NCBI GenBank assembly: GCA_016932115.1
Contig: JAFGDM010000081.1
Span: forward strand, 1-47,797
Length of the DNA stretch: 47,797 nucleotides
Source: Deltaproteobacteria bacterium
Lineage (GTDB): Bacteria > Desulfobacterota > DSM-4660 > Desulfatiglandales > HGW-15
Direction: 5' to 3'
Shown piece by piece: positions 24,213-34,734 of the stretch; within the stretch, counting starts at the first letter, position 1, and every line of letters starts with the position of its first letter. Both the position numbers and the translations under genes were made by a program. The notes beneath the pieces are model-generated. The model worked only from the letters and a program-made list of their open reading frames with translations, was not told the DNA's origin and did no database searches.

Positions 24213-26639
24213 ATGATGCTTCGAGTGGCAGTCGCTCTCCCGGTATGGAGCACTTTTGATTACACGGCACCTCCCGAGCTTATCACCAAGGCCAAGATAG
24301 GTTGCAGGGTTCTGGCTCCATTCGGCAGGAAAAAAGTGACCGGTTATATCATTGAGAGAATTCCGCTTTCTTGTGAGAGGGACCTCCGGGATATTTTGGA
24401 TGTCCTGGACGAGGACCCTCTTTTCCAAGAATCCATGACGCCCTTTTTCCAGTGGATGGCGGAGTACTACATGCATCCCCTGGGTCGTCTCATCGGGTCC
24501 GCTTTGCCCGGCGGGCTCAACATACGGATGTTTGCAGCTCCTCGGCTCACGGAGAAGGGAGAAAAAGCGCTGGACCTGCTGGCCCCGGAGGACAAGGAAC
24601 GTCTATTGTGGGTCAAAGAGCATCCCCAAAAAAAAGCCCCCATACCTTTACAGGTCCTTTATCGCTTGCAGAAACAGGGCCTTCTGCTGCTTGAATACAG
24701 AAGGAGAAGGTTGAGTGCAGGGCCCCTCCTGCGGAGGTTCGTCAGGGCAGGGGAGGGGGTTTTTGTCGAGGATTTTTTCCAGGAGTATGGCGATTCCCTT
24801 TCGGCAAAAAACGAAAGGACGTTTCTAGAACAGGTTTTCAGCTCCGGTGGTATCTCGGTGACCGAGTTGTGTGCCCGGTATTCCAACGGCGCTTATCTTG
24901 TGAAGAAGTGGGTGCGCAGAAACATCCTGGAACCTTACGTGGTAAAGGTCGTGCGTGACCCTGCAGGGAATATCCTAGCATCCAACCCGCCGCCTCTACG
25001 ACTCTATCCACAACAGAAAGTGGCGGCGGCCGTCATTCGGGAGGGACTCGGCAGGAAAACCTTTTCCTCCTTTCTTCTCCATGGTGTTACCGGGAGCGGC
25101 AAAACAGAAGTCTATTACCAAGCCGTTAAAGAGGTCATCAGTCTTGGAAGACAGGCGATTCTGATGACACCTGAAATCGCACTTACCGTTTACATTGAGG
25201 GCCTCTTTCGCTCCCGCCTCGGGCAGAGGGTGGCCTTGTATCACAGCGGACTGAGTGATGGGGAACGATATGATCAATGGATGAAAATGGCAAGAGGGGA
25301 AGTTGATCTGGTCATTGGTGCCCGATCCGCCCTGTTCGCGCCTTTGCCTAATTTGGGGCTGATTATCGTGGATGAGGAGCACGACACATCCTACAAACAA
25401 GAAGAGGCCCCGCGCTACCAGGCAAGGGACGCGGCAGTGGTGAGGGGAAAAATCGAAAAAGCTCTTGTACTTTTGGGCTCCGGGACGCCTTCTATTCAGT
25501 CCTTTTACAATGCCCATAAAGGCCGATATGGGCTTTTGCGCATGCCGGAAAGAATCGAGAACAGACCGCCGCCCGAGGTGGAGGTGGTTGATATGAGGAG
25601 CTTTTCCCGGGGCCCTGCAGAAGAAGAAATGATCAGCCCGGTTTTGAAATCGGCACTTGATCATGCGCTAACCGAGAAGAACCAGGCTATGCTTTTCCTA
25701 AACCGTCGGGGCTTTACAAGGGTCTTGCTTTGTCGGTCTTGCGGTCAATCTTTGCGCTGTGCCAATTGCGATGTACCTCTCACCTTTCACCTGAGAGAAA
25801 ACCACGTGGTTTGTCATTACTGTGGATTTCGGAGAAAAGCCGCCTTAACATGCCCCATTTGCGGCCGTGACGCTTTGAAGCCCTATGGATTCGGGACTGA
25901 GAAGGTGGAAAAGGCACTGGCGGAAATCTATCCCGGCCTGCGTATAGAGAGAATGGATCGGGACAGCGTTCGCCGCAAGGGTCAGATTTTTAGACTTTTA
26001 AAAAAATTCAGCCTCCATGAAACCGATGTGCTGATCGGCACACAAATGATCACCAAGGGGTACGATTTTCCCCGTGTCACCCTCGTCGGCGTTCTGGCAG
26101 CCGATTTTTCTTTAGGCTTCCCCGACTTCAGGGCGGCGGAAAAGACATTCCAAATACTTTCCCAGGTTGCGGGCAGAGCCGGCAGGGGAGAACAAAAGGG
26201 GCGGGTGATTGTTCAGACTTTCTACCCCGAACACTATGCCATAGCAGCGGCAAAAAACCACGATTACCAGAGCTTTTTTGATCAGGAAACCGAATTGCGA
26301 CAGCAGTTGAACTATCCTCCCTTTTCCTTTCTTGCCTGTCTCAGGCTGCAAGGGAACCATGAAGGCGCAACATCGGAAATGAGCAAACAACTTGCGGAGG
26401 AAATGGCGCGAGTGATTTTAAACTGGCCCAAGAGGGGCAGAGAAATCCACGTACTCGGGCCGGTTGAGGCACCTCTCGCCAGGCTGAGGGGAAAATACCG
26501 GTGGCAGATTTTTGTCAAAAGCGGAAACTCCGCCCTTCTTCATCGCTTTTTGTATCACGTGAGGGCAAGAAGTGAGAAGTTGCTCAGGGGAAAGGGTGTA
26601 GATCTTATTGTGGACATTGATCCCTACCAGATGCTTTGA
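24213..26639 (+). CDS. priA: Primosomal protein N' (replication restart helicase)
   Basis: GVTGSGKTEVY, DEEHD and a Cys-rich zinc region (CRSCGQSLRCANC...CHYCG...CPICG). ATG 24213 is preferred over TTG 24195. Confidence 0.9.
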   Translation: MMLRVAVALPVWSTFDYTAPPELITKAKIGCRVLAPFGRKKVTGYIIERIPLSCERDLRDILDVLDEDPLFQESMTPFFQWMAEYYMHPLGRLIGSALPGGLNIRMFAAPRLTEKGEKALDLLAPEDKERLLWVKEHPQKKAPIPLQVLYRLQKQGLLLLEYRRRRLSAGPLLRRFVRAGEGVFVEDFFQEYGDSLSAKNERTFLEQVFSSGGISVTELCARYSNGAYLVKKWVRRNILEPYVVKVVRDPAGNILASNPPPLRLYPQQKVAAAVIREGLGRKTFSSFLLHGVTGSGKTEVYYQAVKEVISLGRQAILMTPEIALTVYIEGLFRSRLGQRVALYHSGLSDGERYDQWMKMARGEVDLVIGARSALFAPLPNLGLIIVDEEHDTSYKQEEAPRYQARDAAVVRGKIEKALVLLGSGTPSIQSFYNAHKGRYGLLRMPERIENRPPPEVEVVDMRSFSRGPAEEEMISPVLKSALDHALTEKNQAMLFLNRRGFTRVLLCRSCGQSLRCANCDVPLTFHLRENHVVCHYCGFRRKAALTCPICGRDALKPYGFGTEKVEKALAEIYPGLRIERMDRDSVRRKGQIFRLLKKFSLHETDVLIGTQMITKGYDFPRVTLVGVLAADFSLGFPDFRAAEKTFQILSQVAGRAGRGEQKGRVIVQTFYPEHYAIAAAKNHDYQSFFDQETELRQQLNYPPFSFLACLRLQGNHEGATSEMSKQLAEEMARVILNWPKRGREIHVLGPVEAPLARLRGKYRWQIFVKSGNSALLHRFLYHVRARSEKLLRGKGVDLIVDIDPYQML

Positions 26640-26699
26640 TGGACATTCTTTTAGGATGCCCTGCGAAATCGCGCTGCATGAAACTTTTTTCTGCAGATT

Positions 26700-27038
26700 T
26701 TACCCGGGGTTCAACTTCTTTTTTAGCTTCTGTGACGCCTGAAATTTTACGATCCTGCGTGAATCAACAATGATCTCCTTTCCGGTTTTTGGGTTCCTGC
26801 CTTTTCTGGCCCATTTGAATTTCACTTTAAACTTACCGAACCCCGAGATGAGCACATGCTCCCCCTTTTCCAATTCTATTTTGATGATCTCAAAGGCGGC
26901 ATCGACCAGCTTGGATGCCCGTTGCTTGGTAAGAGGCTCGGAGTCGAATTCAGGAAAAAGATACCGCTGCCGGTTCTTTTTGCGGCTCTTGAACCGGACC
27001 TTCTCCATCAACGTTTTTACCAGATCGGTTTTTGTCAC
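26700..27038 (-). CDS. HU/IHF-family DNA-binding protein with an insertion in the N-terminal helical region
   Basis: ISGFGKFKVKFKWARKGRNPKTGKEI beta-arm motif. Confidence 0.75.
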   Translation of the reverse strand: MTKTDLVKTLMEKVRFKSRKKNRQRYLFPEFDSEPLTKQRASKLVDAAFEIIKIELEKGEHVLISGFGKFKVKFKWARKGRNPKTGKEIIVDSRRIVKFQASQKLKKKLNPG

Positions 27039-27149
27039 CGTTACATCACCCTTTGCAATTTAAAAGGCTGATTTATTCTAAATAGTTATTGGCTAACAAT
27101 GGCATATCTGCTAGAGCATGTCAATGAATTAGCATGATCCGAGCGGCCT

Positions 27150-28163
27150 GTGACAACATCATTCCATCCAATGTTGATAAACGATCCTTTTTGTGATCCA
27201 GGTTTGTTTATTTCTTTTTTGCACCAGCGCAGAGCACTCCTCTTTGATCTCGGCGATCTGCACGCTCTGACGCCACGGGACCTTATGAAGGTTTCACATG
27301 TTTTTGTGACCCATGCTCACATGGATCATTTTATCGGATTCGATTTGCTTTTGAGAACCCTGCTCGGCCGGGACAAGGAGATCCACCTCTTTGGTCCTCC
27401 GGAATTCTTGAACCGTGTTGAAGGAAAACTGGCGGGGTACACATGGAACCTTGTAGAGGAGTATGAACACTCTGTTTGTCTTACGGTCACGGAGGTGTGG
27501 CCGGAAAAACTCAAGACAAAGAGATTCTTTTGTAGGGATCAGTTTAGACCGGTAGATTCGCACGAAAATGCCTGGTTTCAGGGGGTTCTTCTGAAGGAAC
27601 CCTCCTTTCGATTGGAAGCCTCGCTCCTGGATCATCGCGTTCCTTGCCTGGGACTTGCTTTAATTGAGAACTTTTCGATCAATATCGACACGGAAAGCTT
27701 GCGGAACATGGATTTGCCCGTAGGTCCATGGTTGACTCGCTTTAAAAGGGCCCTTTATGGTGGTGCAAAGCACGGTGACGGGTTCGTCGTTACTTGGGAG
27801 GATAGGGGCAGAACAGTGAAAGAGGAGCGCTTTGTCCTTGACGAACTGGCGGAAAAGATCGCCCGCATTTCTCCCGGGCAAAAGATCGCTTACATTTCGG
27901 ATGTGGTAGGGCGGCCTGAGAATCTTGAGAAAGCCGAAAGCCTTATCAAGCATTCGGACCACCTTTTCATTGAAGCCCCATTTATGGACCGGGATAGGGC
28001 GATTGCGGAGAAAAAATGCCATCTGACGGCAAAACAGGCGGGAACTCTCGCGAAAAAAGCAGGAGTGAAGCGTCTCACCGTCTTCCATTTTTCACCCCGC
28101 TATGCAGGGATGGGGCAGGAACTTGAGAGAGAAGCGATGGAGGCGTTTAACGAAAAGGACTAG
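27150..28163 (+). CDS. MBL-fold metallo-hydrolase (RNase Z-like)
   Basis: HVFVTHAHMDHFIGFD motif. GTG start; ATG 27171 is an alternative. Confidence 0.7.
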   Translation: MTTSFHPMLINDPFCDPGLFISFLHQRRALLFDLGDLHALTPRDLMKVSHVFVTHAHMDHFIGFDLLLRTLLGRDKEIHLFGPPEFLNRVEGKLAGYTWNLVEEYEHSVCLTVTEVWPEKLKTKRFFCRDQFRPVDSHENAWFQGVLLKEPSFRLEASLLDHRVPCLGLALIENFSINIDTESLRNMDLPVGPWLTRFKRALYGGAKHGDGFVVTWEDRGRTVKEERFVLDELAEKIARISPGQKIAYISDVVGRPENLEKAESLIKHSDHLFIEAPFMDRDRAIAEKKCHLTAKQAGTLAKKAGVKRLTVFHFSPRYAGMGQELEREAMEAFNEKD

Positions 28164-28334
28164 CAAGAAAAATTTGTGGCACGCTTGAATTCTCTTGACA
28201 AGCTTTACGGCAATTGATAAACAAATCAATTCTATTTATTATTTCTCCTTGTTCCGTTTGATTTGACAGCTCACATATAAGGCGGGACCAAACTTTTCCG
28301 AACAGGGAAGATGCCCGAAGGGAGAGAGACAGGA

Positions 28335-28766
28335 ATGCGGCATTACGAGACGATATACATCGTGAATCCCAATTTGAGTCAAGATGAGTACCGGGATGTG
28401 CTGGACAAGTACACTACTCTCATCGAAAAAAACAATGGTGCAATAGTTAAAACCGAGGAATGGGGGACTCAGCGGCTGGCCTATGATGTGAAGAAGTTCG
28501 ACAAAGGCGCCTACGTGCTCCTGAACTACTGCGCAAAGCCCGGCCTTAGTGCAGAGCTGGAAAGGGATCTCAATTTGGACGACAGGGTCCTCAAGTTTCA
28601 AACCATCAAACTTGCCCATGAGGCGGACCCCAAGGACCTGCTGGAAAAGCAAAAAGATCTAACCGGGCAGACGACCGGGCTGCAGGAGCAAACCGTGGAA
28701 AGCGTCGAGCCGGCAGCCATGCAACCATCAGAAGAACATGTGGAAGAGGAGAGGGGCGATGCTTGA
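28335..28766 (+). CDS. rpsF: 30S ribosomal protein S6
   Basis: [18 protein letters not shown]...WGTQRLAY, with an acidic C-tail. Confidence 0.9.
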   Translation: MRHYETIYIVNPNLSQDEYRDVLDKYTTLIEKNNGAIVKTEEWGTQRLAYDVKKFDKGAYVLLNYCAKPGLSAELERDLNLDDRVLKFQTIKLAHEADPKDLLEKQKDLTGQTTGLQEQTVESVEPAAMQPSEEHVEEERGDA

Positions 28767-29007
28767 CAGAAATCGACGCAAGATGGCCTTCCATAGGAGA
28801 AAGGTCTGCCGTTTCTGCGCAGACAGCCACGCAGTTATTGATTATAAAGACTCAAAAACCTTGCGATTGTTCACTACGGAACGCGGAAAGATTATCCCTA
28901 GAAGAATATCCGGAAACTGTGCCAAACACCAACGAGTCCTTACTGTCGCCATTCGTAGGGCGAGAAACATTGCCCTCTTGCCCTATACGACCTCAACACT
29001 GCGATAG
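28759..29007 (+). CDS. rpsR: 30S ribosomal protein S18
   Basis: RRKVCRFC...IDYKD...[18 protein letters not shown]...KHQR. The start overlaps the end of rpsF. Confidence 0.9.
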   Translation: MLDRNRRKMAFHRRKVCRFCADSHAVIDYKDSKTLRLFTTERGKIIPRRISGNCAKHQRVLTVAIRRARNIALLPYTTSTLR

Positions 29008-29078
29008 GATGGCGGAGGGGAGCTCCAGACAGGTCTTCCTCCCAAGAAAAAAGAGGAGCAAAGCCTTCCGTAAGATCT

Positions 29079-30017
29079 ATGAAACTGCATGACCTTCTGG
29101 GCTGCGTAGGGGTAGCGACGATCCTGCTTCTAGCCTCGGCGCTCGTTCCGTTAATCGGCCCTTTTTTCAGCCTTGTCATCCCTTTGCCCTTTCTCTACTA
29201 CTCAACGAAGCTGGGTGTCAATCAGGGGGTGAAACTCGCCTCCATAACGGTCCTCTTCGCCGCCCTGCTATCGGCTCTTCTGCAATACCCCTATCTGATC
29301 TTTTTGTGCCTGGAGTTCAGTCTTCTGGGGCTCGTCTTGGCTGAAATCTACAGAAGGAAGTTGAAGATCGGCTTATCCGTTCTGCTGGGGACTTCTTTCG
29401 TGCTTATCATAGGCCTGATCATCCTGACGGTCGCAGGGCTGAGAGAAAACATGGGTCCTTTGGAAATGGTCTATGCTTACGTGGAAAGCAGCCTGCAGCA
29501 AAGCGTTCAAGTTTATGAAAACATTGGGGCAAGTCCCGACAATGCTCACGAACTGGGCGAGTACCTGAGAATGGTTACCAACGTGATTTCGAAAATATAT
29601 CCTTCTCTATTGATCATCGGCACAGGTTTTGTGGTGTGGTTCAACATCATTGTGAGTCGTCCCATTTTTCAGATGAGAAACCTACCCTATCCCCCTTACG
29701 GCGCCCTGGACCGTTGGCGATCTCACGAGTTCATGGTGTGGGGGTTGATCGGTGCAGGTTTCTCTTTCTTTTTGCCGGCCTCTTCTATAAGATGGTTGGC
29801 AACCAATGCTTTGATCGTGATGATGGCCGTATACGTTTTTCAAGGCCTCTCCATCCTGTTGTTTTTTCTAAACAAGTACCGTATACCCCCTTGGATCAGA
29901 TTCGGCGTCTATTTTCTGATCCTCTTTCAACAGATCTTCATGATTGCATTGGCCGTGGCCGGCCTCTTTGACCAATGGATCGATTTTAGAAGAATTCACT
30001 CTAGGAAGGTGGATTAA
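29079..30017 (+). CDS. Polytopic membrane protein, DUF2232/YybS-like
   Basis: Multiple hydrophobic helices, and a conserved position between rpsR and rplI. Confidence 0.55.
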   Translation: MKLHDLLGCVGVATILLLASALVPLIGPFFSLVIPLPFLYYSTKLGVNQGVKLASITVLFAALLSALLQYPYLIFLCLEFSLLGLVLAEIYRRKLKIGLSVLLGTSFVLIIGLIILTVAGLRENMGPLEMVYAYVESSLQQSVQVYENIGASPDNAHELGEYLRMVTNVISKIYPSLLIIGTGFVVWFNIIVSRPIFQMRNLPYPPYGALDRWRSHEFMVWGLIGAGFSFFLPASSIRWLATNALIVMMAVYVFQGLSILLFFLNKYRIPPWIRFGVYFLILFQQIFMIALAVAGLFDQWIDFRRIHSRKVD

Positions 30018-30032
30018 AAGGAGGAAATGTTC

Positions 30033-30479
30033 ATGAAAGTGATTCTCATGCAGGATACGGATTCTCTCGGCCTGGCGGGAGAGATTGTCGAGGTGGCGAG
30101 GGGTTATGCCAGAAATTACCTGATCCCGACCAAGGTCGCCCTCGAGGCGACGCAGAACAACATCAAACGGACGGAGGCTCAGAGAAAAACCATTGAGGTA
30201 AAGCGTATCAAGCTCAAGGAAGATGCCCTCAAGATTAAGGAACGGCTCGCGGATGTGGTGGTCACGATTGCCCAAAAAGCCGGGGAAGAGGAAAAACTTT
30301 ACGGCTCGGTTACCAGCATGGACATCGCCGAGCAACTGGAAAAGCAGGGAGTCACCATTGATCGGAGGAAAATCCACCTGGACAAACCGATAAAAAGCCT
30401 TGGAGAGTTTTCAGTTCCTGTTAAATTGCATCCTCAAGTGAGCGCTCCGATCAAGGTGATTGTCGTAGCTGAACAGTAA
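30033..30479 (+). CDS. rplI: 50S ribosomal protein L9
   Basis: MKVILMQD...LGLAGEIVEVARGYARNYLIP. AGGAGG lies 8 nt upstream of ATG 30033. Confidence 0.9.
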   Translation: MKVILMQDTDSLGLAGEIVEVARGYARNYLIPTKVALEATQNNIKRTEAQRKTIEVKRIKLKEDALKIKERLADVVVTIAQKAGEEEKLYGSVTSMDIAEQLEKQGVTIDRRKIHLDKPIKSLGEFSVPVKLHPQVSAPIKVIVVAEQ

Positions 30480-30505
30480 GCTTTTGAAAGGGAGAAAATT
30501 CCGTC

Positions 30506-31873
30506 ATGGCCCAGGTAAAGGAGAAGGCCCTACCCGTCGCGCTGAAGGTCCCTCCTCAAAACATCGAGGCGGAGCAGGCCGTTTTGGCGGGAATTCTGAT
30601 TAACAATGACGCCATCAATCAGATTGCGGATGTTCTCTCGCCGGACGACTTCTACCGCGAGGCTCACATGCATCTCTACGAGGGGATGACGGAGCTTTAT
30701 AACAGCAATGAGCCTATTGACCTAATCACCCTCTCACATCAACTCAAAGAGAAAGCCGCTCTGGACAAAGCAGGAGGAGCTGAGTATCTGACCTCCCTTG
30801 TGGATGCCGTTTCCACGTCCGCCGGTATCCTCTATCATGCTCAAATCGTCAGAGACCTTTCGGTTAGAAGGAAGCTCATCAGCCAGTGTTCCCTTATCTC
30901 GGAGGCCTGTTTTCAAAACTGGCAGCCTACGGACGAACTCCTGGATATGGCCGAGCAAAGCATCTTCGACATCGCCGAGGACAAAATCGGAGAAGGCTTC
31001 ACTCCTCTCGAGGAGGTGATAAAAGAGAGTTTCAAGAAGCTGGAGAGCGTTGCTGAGCGAGAGGGGTTCATTACCGGAGTTCCCACCGGTTTTAAGGATT
31101 TTGATCGCTATACCTCAGGCCTTCAGCCTTCGGATCTCATTATCCTTGCAGGAAGGCCCAGTATGGGAAAGACCGCTCTTGCCCTGGGTATAGGGTACAA
31201 CGCCGCCTTGGAGACGGGAAAAGGGGTGGCGGTCTTTTCTCTGGAGATGTCGCGGATGCAACTCGGGCTCAGGCTTCTGGGTTTTCATGCGGGGATTGAC
31301 GCCACAAAGCTGAGGACCGGATTTCTGAGGGATACGGATTGGCGGAAGCTGACGGATTCCGCCAATCATCTCTCCGAGGTGTCCATGTTCATTGATGATG
31401 CGTCCTACCTGAGCGTTCTTGATATGAAGGCCAAGTGTCGAAGATTGGTGAAGAAGAAGGAGCTTTGCCTGGTGATCATCGACTACCTTCAGCTTGTGCA
31501 GGGAAGGCGGAGCGCGGAATCCAGGCAGATGGAGATCTCGGAGATTTCCCGGTCCCTGAAAGCCCTGGCCAAGGATTTAAACATTCCGGTTATGGCCCTT
31601 TCGCAGCTTAACCGCAAAGTGGAGGATCGACCCAACAAAAGACCGCAGCTCGCCGACCTGAGGGAAAGCGGCGCCATAGAACAGGATGCGGATGTGATTG
31701 CTTTCATTTACAGAGACGAGCTTTACCATCCTGACTCCGAAGACAACCGCAACCTTGCAGAAGTCATTGTGGCCAAGCAACGGAACGGCCCCACCGGTGT
31801 ATTTAAACTGACCTTTCAAAAGGAGCTCACTCGTTTCAGGGATTATGTGGAAGAGGACAGATACGATGCTTAA
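30506..31873 (+). CDS. dnaB: Replicative DNA helicase
   Basis: PPQNIEAEQAVLG-type N-terminus, GRPSMGKTALAL Walker A, and IIDYLQL. Confidence 0.95.
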   Translation: MAQVKEKALPVALKVPPQNIEAEQAVLAGILINNDAINQIADVLSPDDFYREAHMHLYEGMTELYNSNEPIDLITLSHQLKEKAALDKAGGAEYLTSLVDAVSTSAGILYHAQIVRDLSVRRKLISQCSLISEACFQNWQPTDELLDMAEQSIFDIAEDKIGEGFTPLEEVIKESFKKLESVAEREGFITGVPTGFKDFDRYTSGLQPSDLIILAGRPSMGKTALALGIGYNAALETGKGVAVFSLEMSRMQLGLRLLGFHAGIDATKLRTGFLRDTDWRKLTDSANHLSEVSMFIDDASYLSVLDMKAKCRRLVKKKELCLVIIDYLQLVQGRRSAESRQMEISEISRSLKALAKDLNIPVMALSQLNRKVEDRPNKRPQLADLRESGAIEQDADVIAFIYRDELYHPDSEDNRNLAEVIVAKQRNGPTGVFKLTFQKELTRFRDYVEEDRYDA

Positions 31874-31918
31874 CGCGGGGCTCGAGCTATAGACAAGATC
31901 TACGGTAAAACAGGGGGC

Positions 31919-33553
31919 TTGAAGGCCGGCCAACTCCAACGCCTTCAGAGGTTGTACCGGCGCAGAGTATCCGGCCTCGAGATGCTTACGCCTGAGATCG
32001 CTCGACAAATCTCCGAGCTCTCCTTCGAGATCCAAAGACAATTGGCCTTGCTTATTACCAGGAAGGGGGAGGTCGCGTCCGTCGTTGTGGGAGACGACAG
32101 GCGCGTTCTGCTCACGGATCCGGGTCGGTTCAGACTCGGCGCAGGAAGGCTTAAAGGAATTCGGTGCGTTCACACCCATCTTCACGACGAACCCCTATCC
32201 ACCGAAGACCTCACAGACATGGTTCTTCTAGGGCTTGATCTCATGATCTGCATTCAAGTCACGGATGATGGAATCTCCGGCCCTATTTCCTATGCCCACA
32301 TTCTTCCTGAAAACGGCCTAGGGAAGAAGTGGCGGGTTGAAACCGTTCCGGATCTCGGGCGACTTCAGGTGGATTTCCAGAAGATGATCCAGTCTCTGGA
32401 GGATGAACTTGCCAGGGCCGCGCCGGTCAAGACCACTGGGGAGAAAGAAAAGGCGGTTCTGGTAGGTGTTACGTCAGGTCCATCGTGGAAGGCTCAGGAA
32501 TCCCTGGACGAACTCCGGGATCTTGCCCTGTCCGACAACCTTGAGGCGACGGACACGGTCATCCAGCACATAAAGAAAAGGGACCCTCGATTCTTGATCG
32601 GCAAGGGCAAGTTGAGCGAACTTGTGCTCCGATGCGTTCAGACGGGAGCCAATCTGCTCATTTTCGACCACGAGCTCACGCCGGCCCAGGTGCGGAGCCT
32701 GACGGACGCCACGGAGCTGAAGATCATCGATCGGAGTCAGCTCATCCTTGATATATTTGCCAAGAGAGCGGTGACCAGGGAAGGGAGTATTCAGGTGGAG
32801 CTGGCGCAGCTCAGGTACCTCCTGCCGAGACTAGCCACCAAAAACACGGCCATGTCCCGGCTAACAGGAGGAATCGGCGGCAGAGGGCCGGGTGAAACCA
32901 AGCTCGAGATCAACCGGCGCCGCGCCCGCGAGCGTATTGCCGGGCTCAAACATGAGTTGGAGCAAATCAAGCGGCAGAGAGAAGACCGCAGGAAATTGCG
33001 GAACGTGCGGAGGCTTCCGGTGGTTTCCATTGTGGGATACACGAATGCAGGCAAATCCACCCTTCTCAACAGCCTGACACAAAGCCGAGTGTCGGTTGAA
33101 GACCGTCTGTTCGAAACCCTGGATCCAAGCAGCAGGCGCCTCAGGTTTCCGCGGGATAGGGATGTGATCATCACGGACACGGTTGGATTCATTCGCGACT
33201 TGCCGGCGGATCTCATGGATGCCTTCGCCGCCACCCTTGAGGAACTCCATGATGCGGATCTCTTACTTCACGTTGTGGACGCGAGCAGCCCGCGCATGGA
33301 GGATCAGATAAAGGCCGTAGACGAGATCCTCAAAAAACTTGATTTGGAACAGATCCGAAGACTCCTGGTGCTCAACAAAATCGACCGCCTGGATCCTTAC
33401 CAGGCGGTCGCCCTGTCAAGAAGGTTCGAGGCTGTTGCCGTCTCAGCCCTGAACCGCCGAACTTTTTCAGGCTTGCTCCAAGAAATGGAGCGCATTATAT
33501 GGCCGCGCTCTTCCACCCCCGCGATTTCGACTGAGAACCATTCCTTGAAATGA
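31919..33553 (+). CDS. hflX: GTPase HflX with an N-terminal extension
   Basis: GYTNAGKSTLLN, DTVGFI and NKID motifs. The non-ATG start is uncertain. Confidence 0.85.
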   Translation: MKAGQLQRLQRLYRRRVSGLEMLTPEIARQISELSFEIQRQLALLITRKGEVASVVVGDDRRVLLTDPGRFRLGAGRLKGIRCVHTHLHDEPLSTEDLTDMVLLGLDLMICIQVTDDGISGPISYAHILPENGLGKKWRVETVPDLGRLQVDFQKMIQSLEDELARAAPVKTTGEKEKAVLVGVTSGPSWKAQESLDELRDLALSDNLEATDTVIQHIKKRDPRFLIGKGKLSELVLRCVQTGANLLIFDHELTPAQVRSLTDATELKIIDRSQLILDIFAKRAVTREGSIQVELAQLRYLLPRLATKNTAMSRLTGGIGGRGPGETKLEINRRRARERIAGLKHELEQIKRQREDRRKLRNVRRLPVVSIVGYTNAGKSTLLNSLTQSRVSVEDRLFETLDPSSRRLRFPRDRDVIITDTVGFIRDLPADLMDAFAATLEELHDADLLLHVVDASSPRMEDQIKAVDEILKKLDLEQIRRLLVLNKIDRLDPYQAVALSRRFEAVAVSALNRRTFSGLLQEMERIIWPRSSTPAISTENHSLK

Positions 33554-34547
33554 CCAGGCACTCGCATGAGGGAAGGCCGTTGATAAACTCTGTCCCTTCT
33601 CCCGGTCCCATCACAAAGACGCCGGTGGAAAGAGCGTCCGCCTCCATAGCCGTTCGGGCCGTTACGGAAACGCTGCTTGCAAGGTGTGGAGAGAGCCCTG
33701 TCTTTGGATTCACGATGTGGTGAAACATTTTTTCCCGGTCGAAGTAGATCTCATAATTACCGGAGGTGGCGATTGCTCCGTCCTTCATCTGAACCATATC
33801 AGGGTATTGACTTCGTTTCAGGGGATCCTGGACAGCCACGGTCCAGGGCTTTTCGCCTTCTTTTTTTCCTCGGGTTCGAATATCCCCGCCGGCGTCGATC
33901 AGATGATTTTCGACCCCCCTGGAGGCAAGAAGCTCTGATGCTTGATCCACGATGAAGCCTTTTGCGATACCGTCGAGGGTAATTCCCATGCCTGATTCCA
34001 CGAAGCGGATGGAACGGTCATGAAGTCCCACCTTACCTGCATCCACCAGTTTTAGCAGAGCTTTCAACTCCTGTTCCGTGGGCCGGTCCTTTTTGTCGCC
34101 CCCCAGCTTTTGCCGGAAAAGGTCTACAACAGGTTTCACGGTGATATCAAAGGCGCCATAAGTCAGCTTGTGGTAGTGTAGAGCCCTCGACACGACCCGG
34201 ATCACTTCGGGAGGCAGATCCCGGGCGTAGCCTTCTTTGTTGAGAAAAGCTACGGCTGAAGATCGGTCATAGCGAGTCAGAATCCCGGCGAGACGGTCGA
34301 TTTCCTGAAAAGCCTGTTCCATTGCCTCTTCCGCCTGATCCTTTACAGGGTGAAAAAGGGTCATGGAAACATAAGTGCCCATGATCAACCGCCTTTCGGA
34401 TACCATCATCGTCTGCTTGTTGAACCTGACGGCTTCCGCTGCAGAAGGTATCAGAGTTGTTGCGGCTGCGCTCATTCCGAGCAGGCCCGAAAGCTTGAGA
34501 AACGATCTCCGGTCCAACCGGTGGAACATGAGATCCATATCTTTCAT
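33495..34547 (-). CDS. apbE: FAD:protein FMN transferase (ApbE family) with a Tat-type signal
   Basis: RRSFLKLSG signal, plus GIAKG, DAGGDI and HHIVNPKTG motifs. Confidence 0.85.
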   Translation of the reverse strand: MKDMDLMFHRLDRRSFLKLSGLLGMSAAATTLIPSAAEAVRFNKQTMMVSERRLIMGTYVSMTLFHPVKDQAEEAMEQAFQEIDRLAGILTRYDRSSAVAFLNKEGYARDLPPEVIRVVSRALHYHKLTYGAFDITVKPVVDLFRQKLGGDKKDRPTEQELKALLKLVDAGKVGLHDRSIRFVESGMGITLDGIAKGFIVDQASELLASRGVENHLIDAGGDIRTRGKKEGEKPWTVAVQDPLKRSQYPDMVQMKDGAIATSGNYEIYFDREKMFHHIVNPKTGLSPHLASSVSVTARTAMEADALSTGVFVMGPGEGTEFINGLPSCECLVISRNGSQSKSRGWKSAAI

Positions 34548-34664
34548 ACTGCGCCTCCGATGAATATGTTATTGCAAATTTTTCGAACTATCGTAAATAG
34601 CCGAATATTAGTTCCCTGTTTACCATTGTCCTGCGTCAATGGCAATAGAAAAGGGGATTTTTCG

Positions 34665-34693
34665 TTGACAACACGGATGCATGACCCTATTAT
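34665..34693 (+). promoter_or_regulatory. sigma70-type promoter upstream of the QmoC-like gene
   Basis: TTGACA (34665-34670), 17 nt, TATTAT (34688-34693). Confidence 0.45.
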
Positions 34694-34734
34694 TTCCACT
34701 TCACCTATAAAGATGGCTATTTTCGTTTCGTTCA

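Noticed and set aside
28177-28192. TGGCACG upstream of rpsF, considered as a sigma54 -24 element
   Set aside because: There is no GC dinucleotide at the required -12 spacing. The region instead has a TTGACA sigma70-like -35 box, and rpsF is not expected to be sigma54-dependent.
28335-30479. rpsF-rpsR-rplI cluster lacking ssb between rpsF and rpsR
   Set aside because: This is a gene-order variant seen in many bacteria. Nothing in the sequence suggests a deletion scar or a pseudogene.
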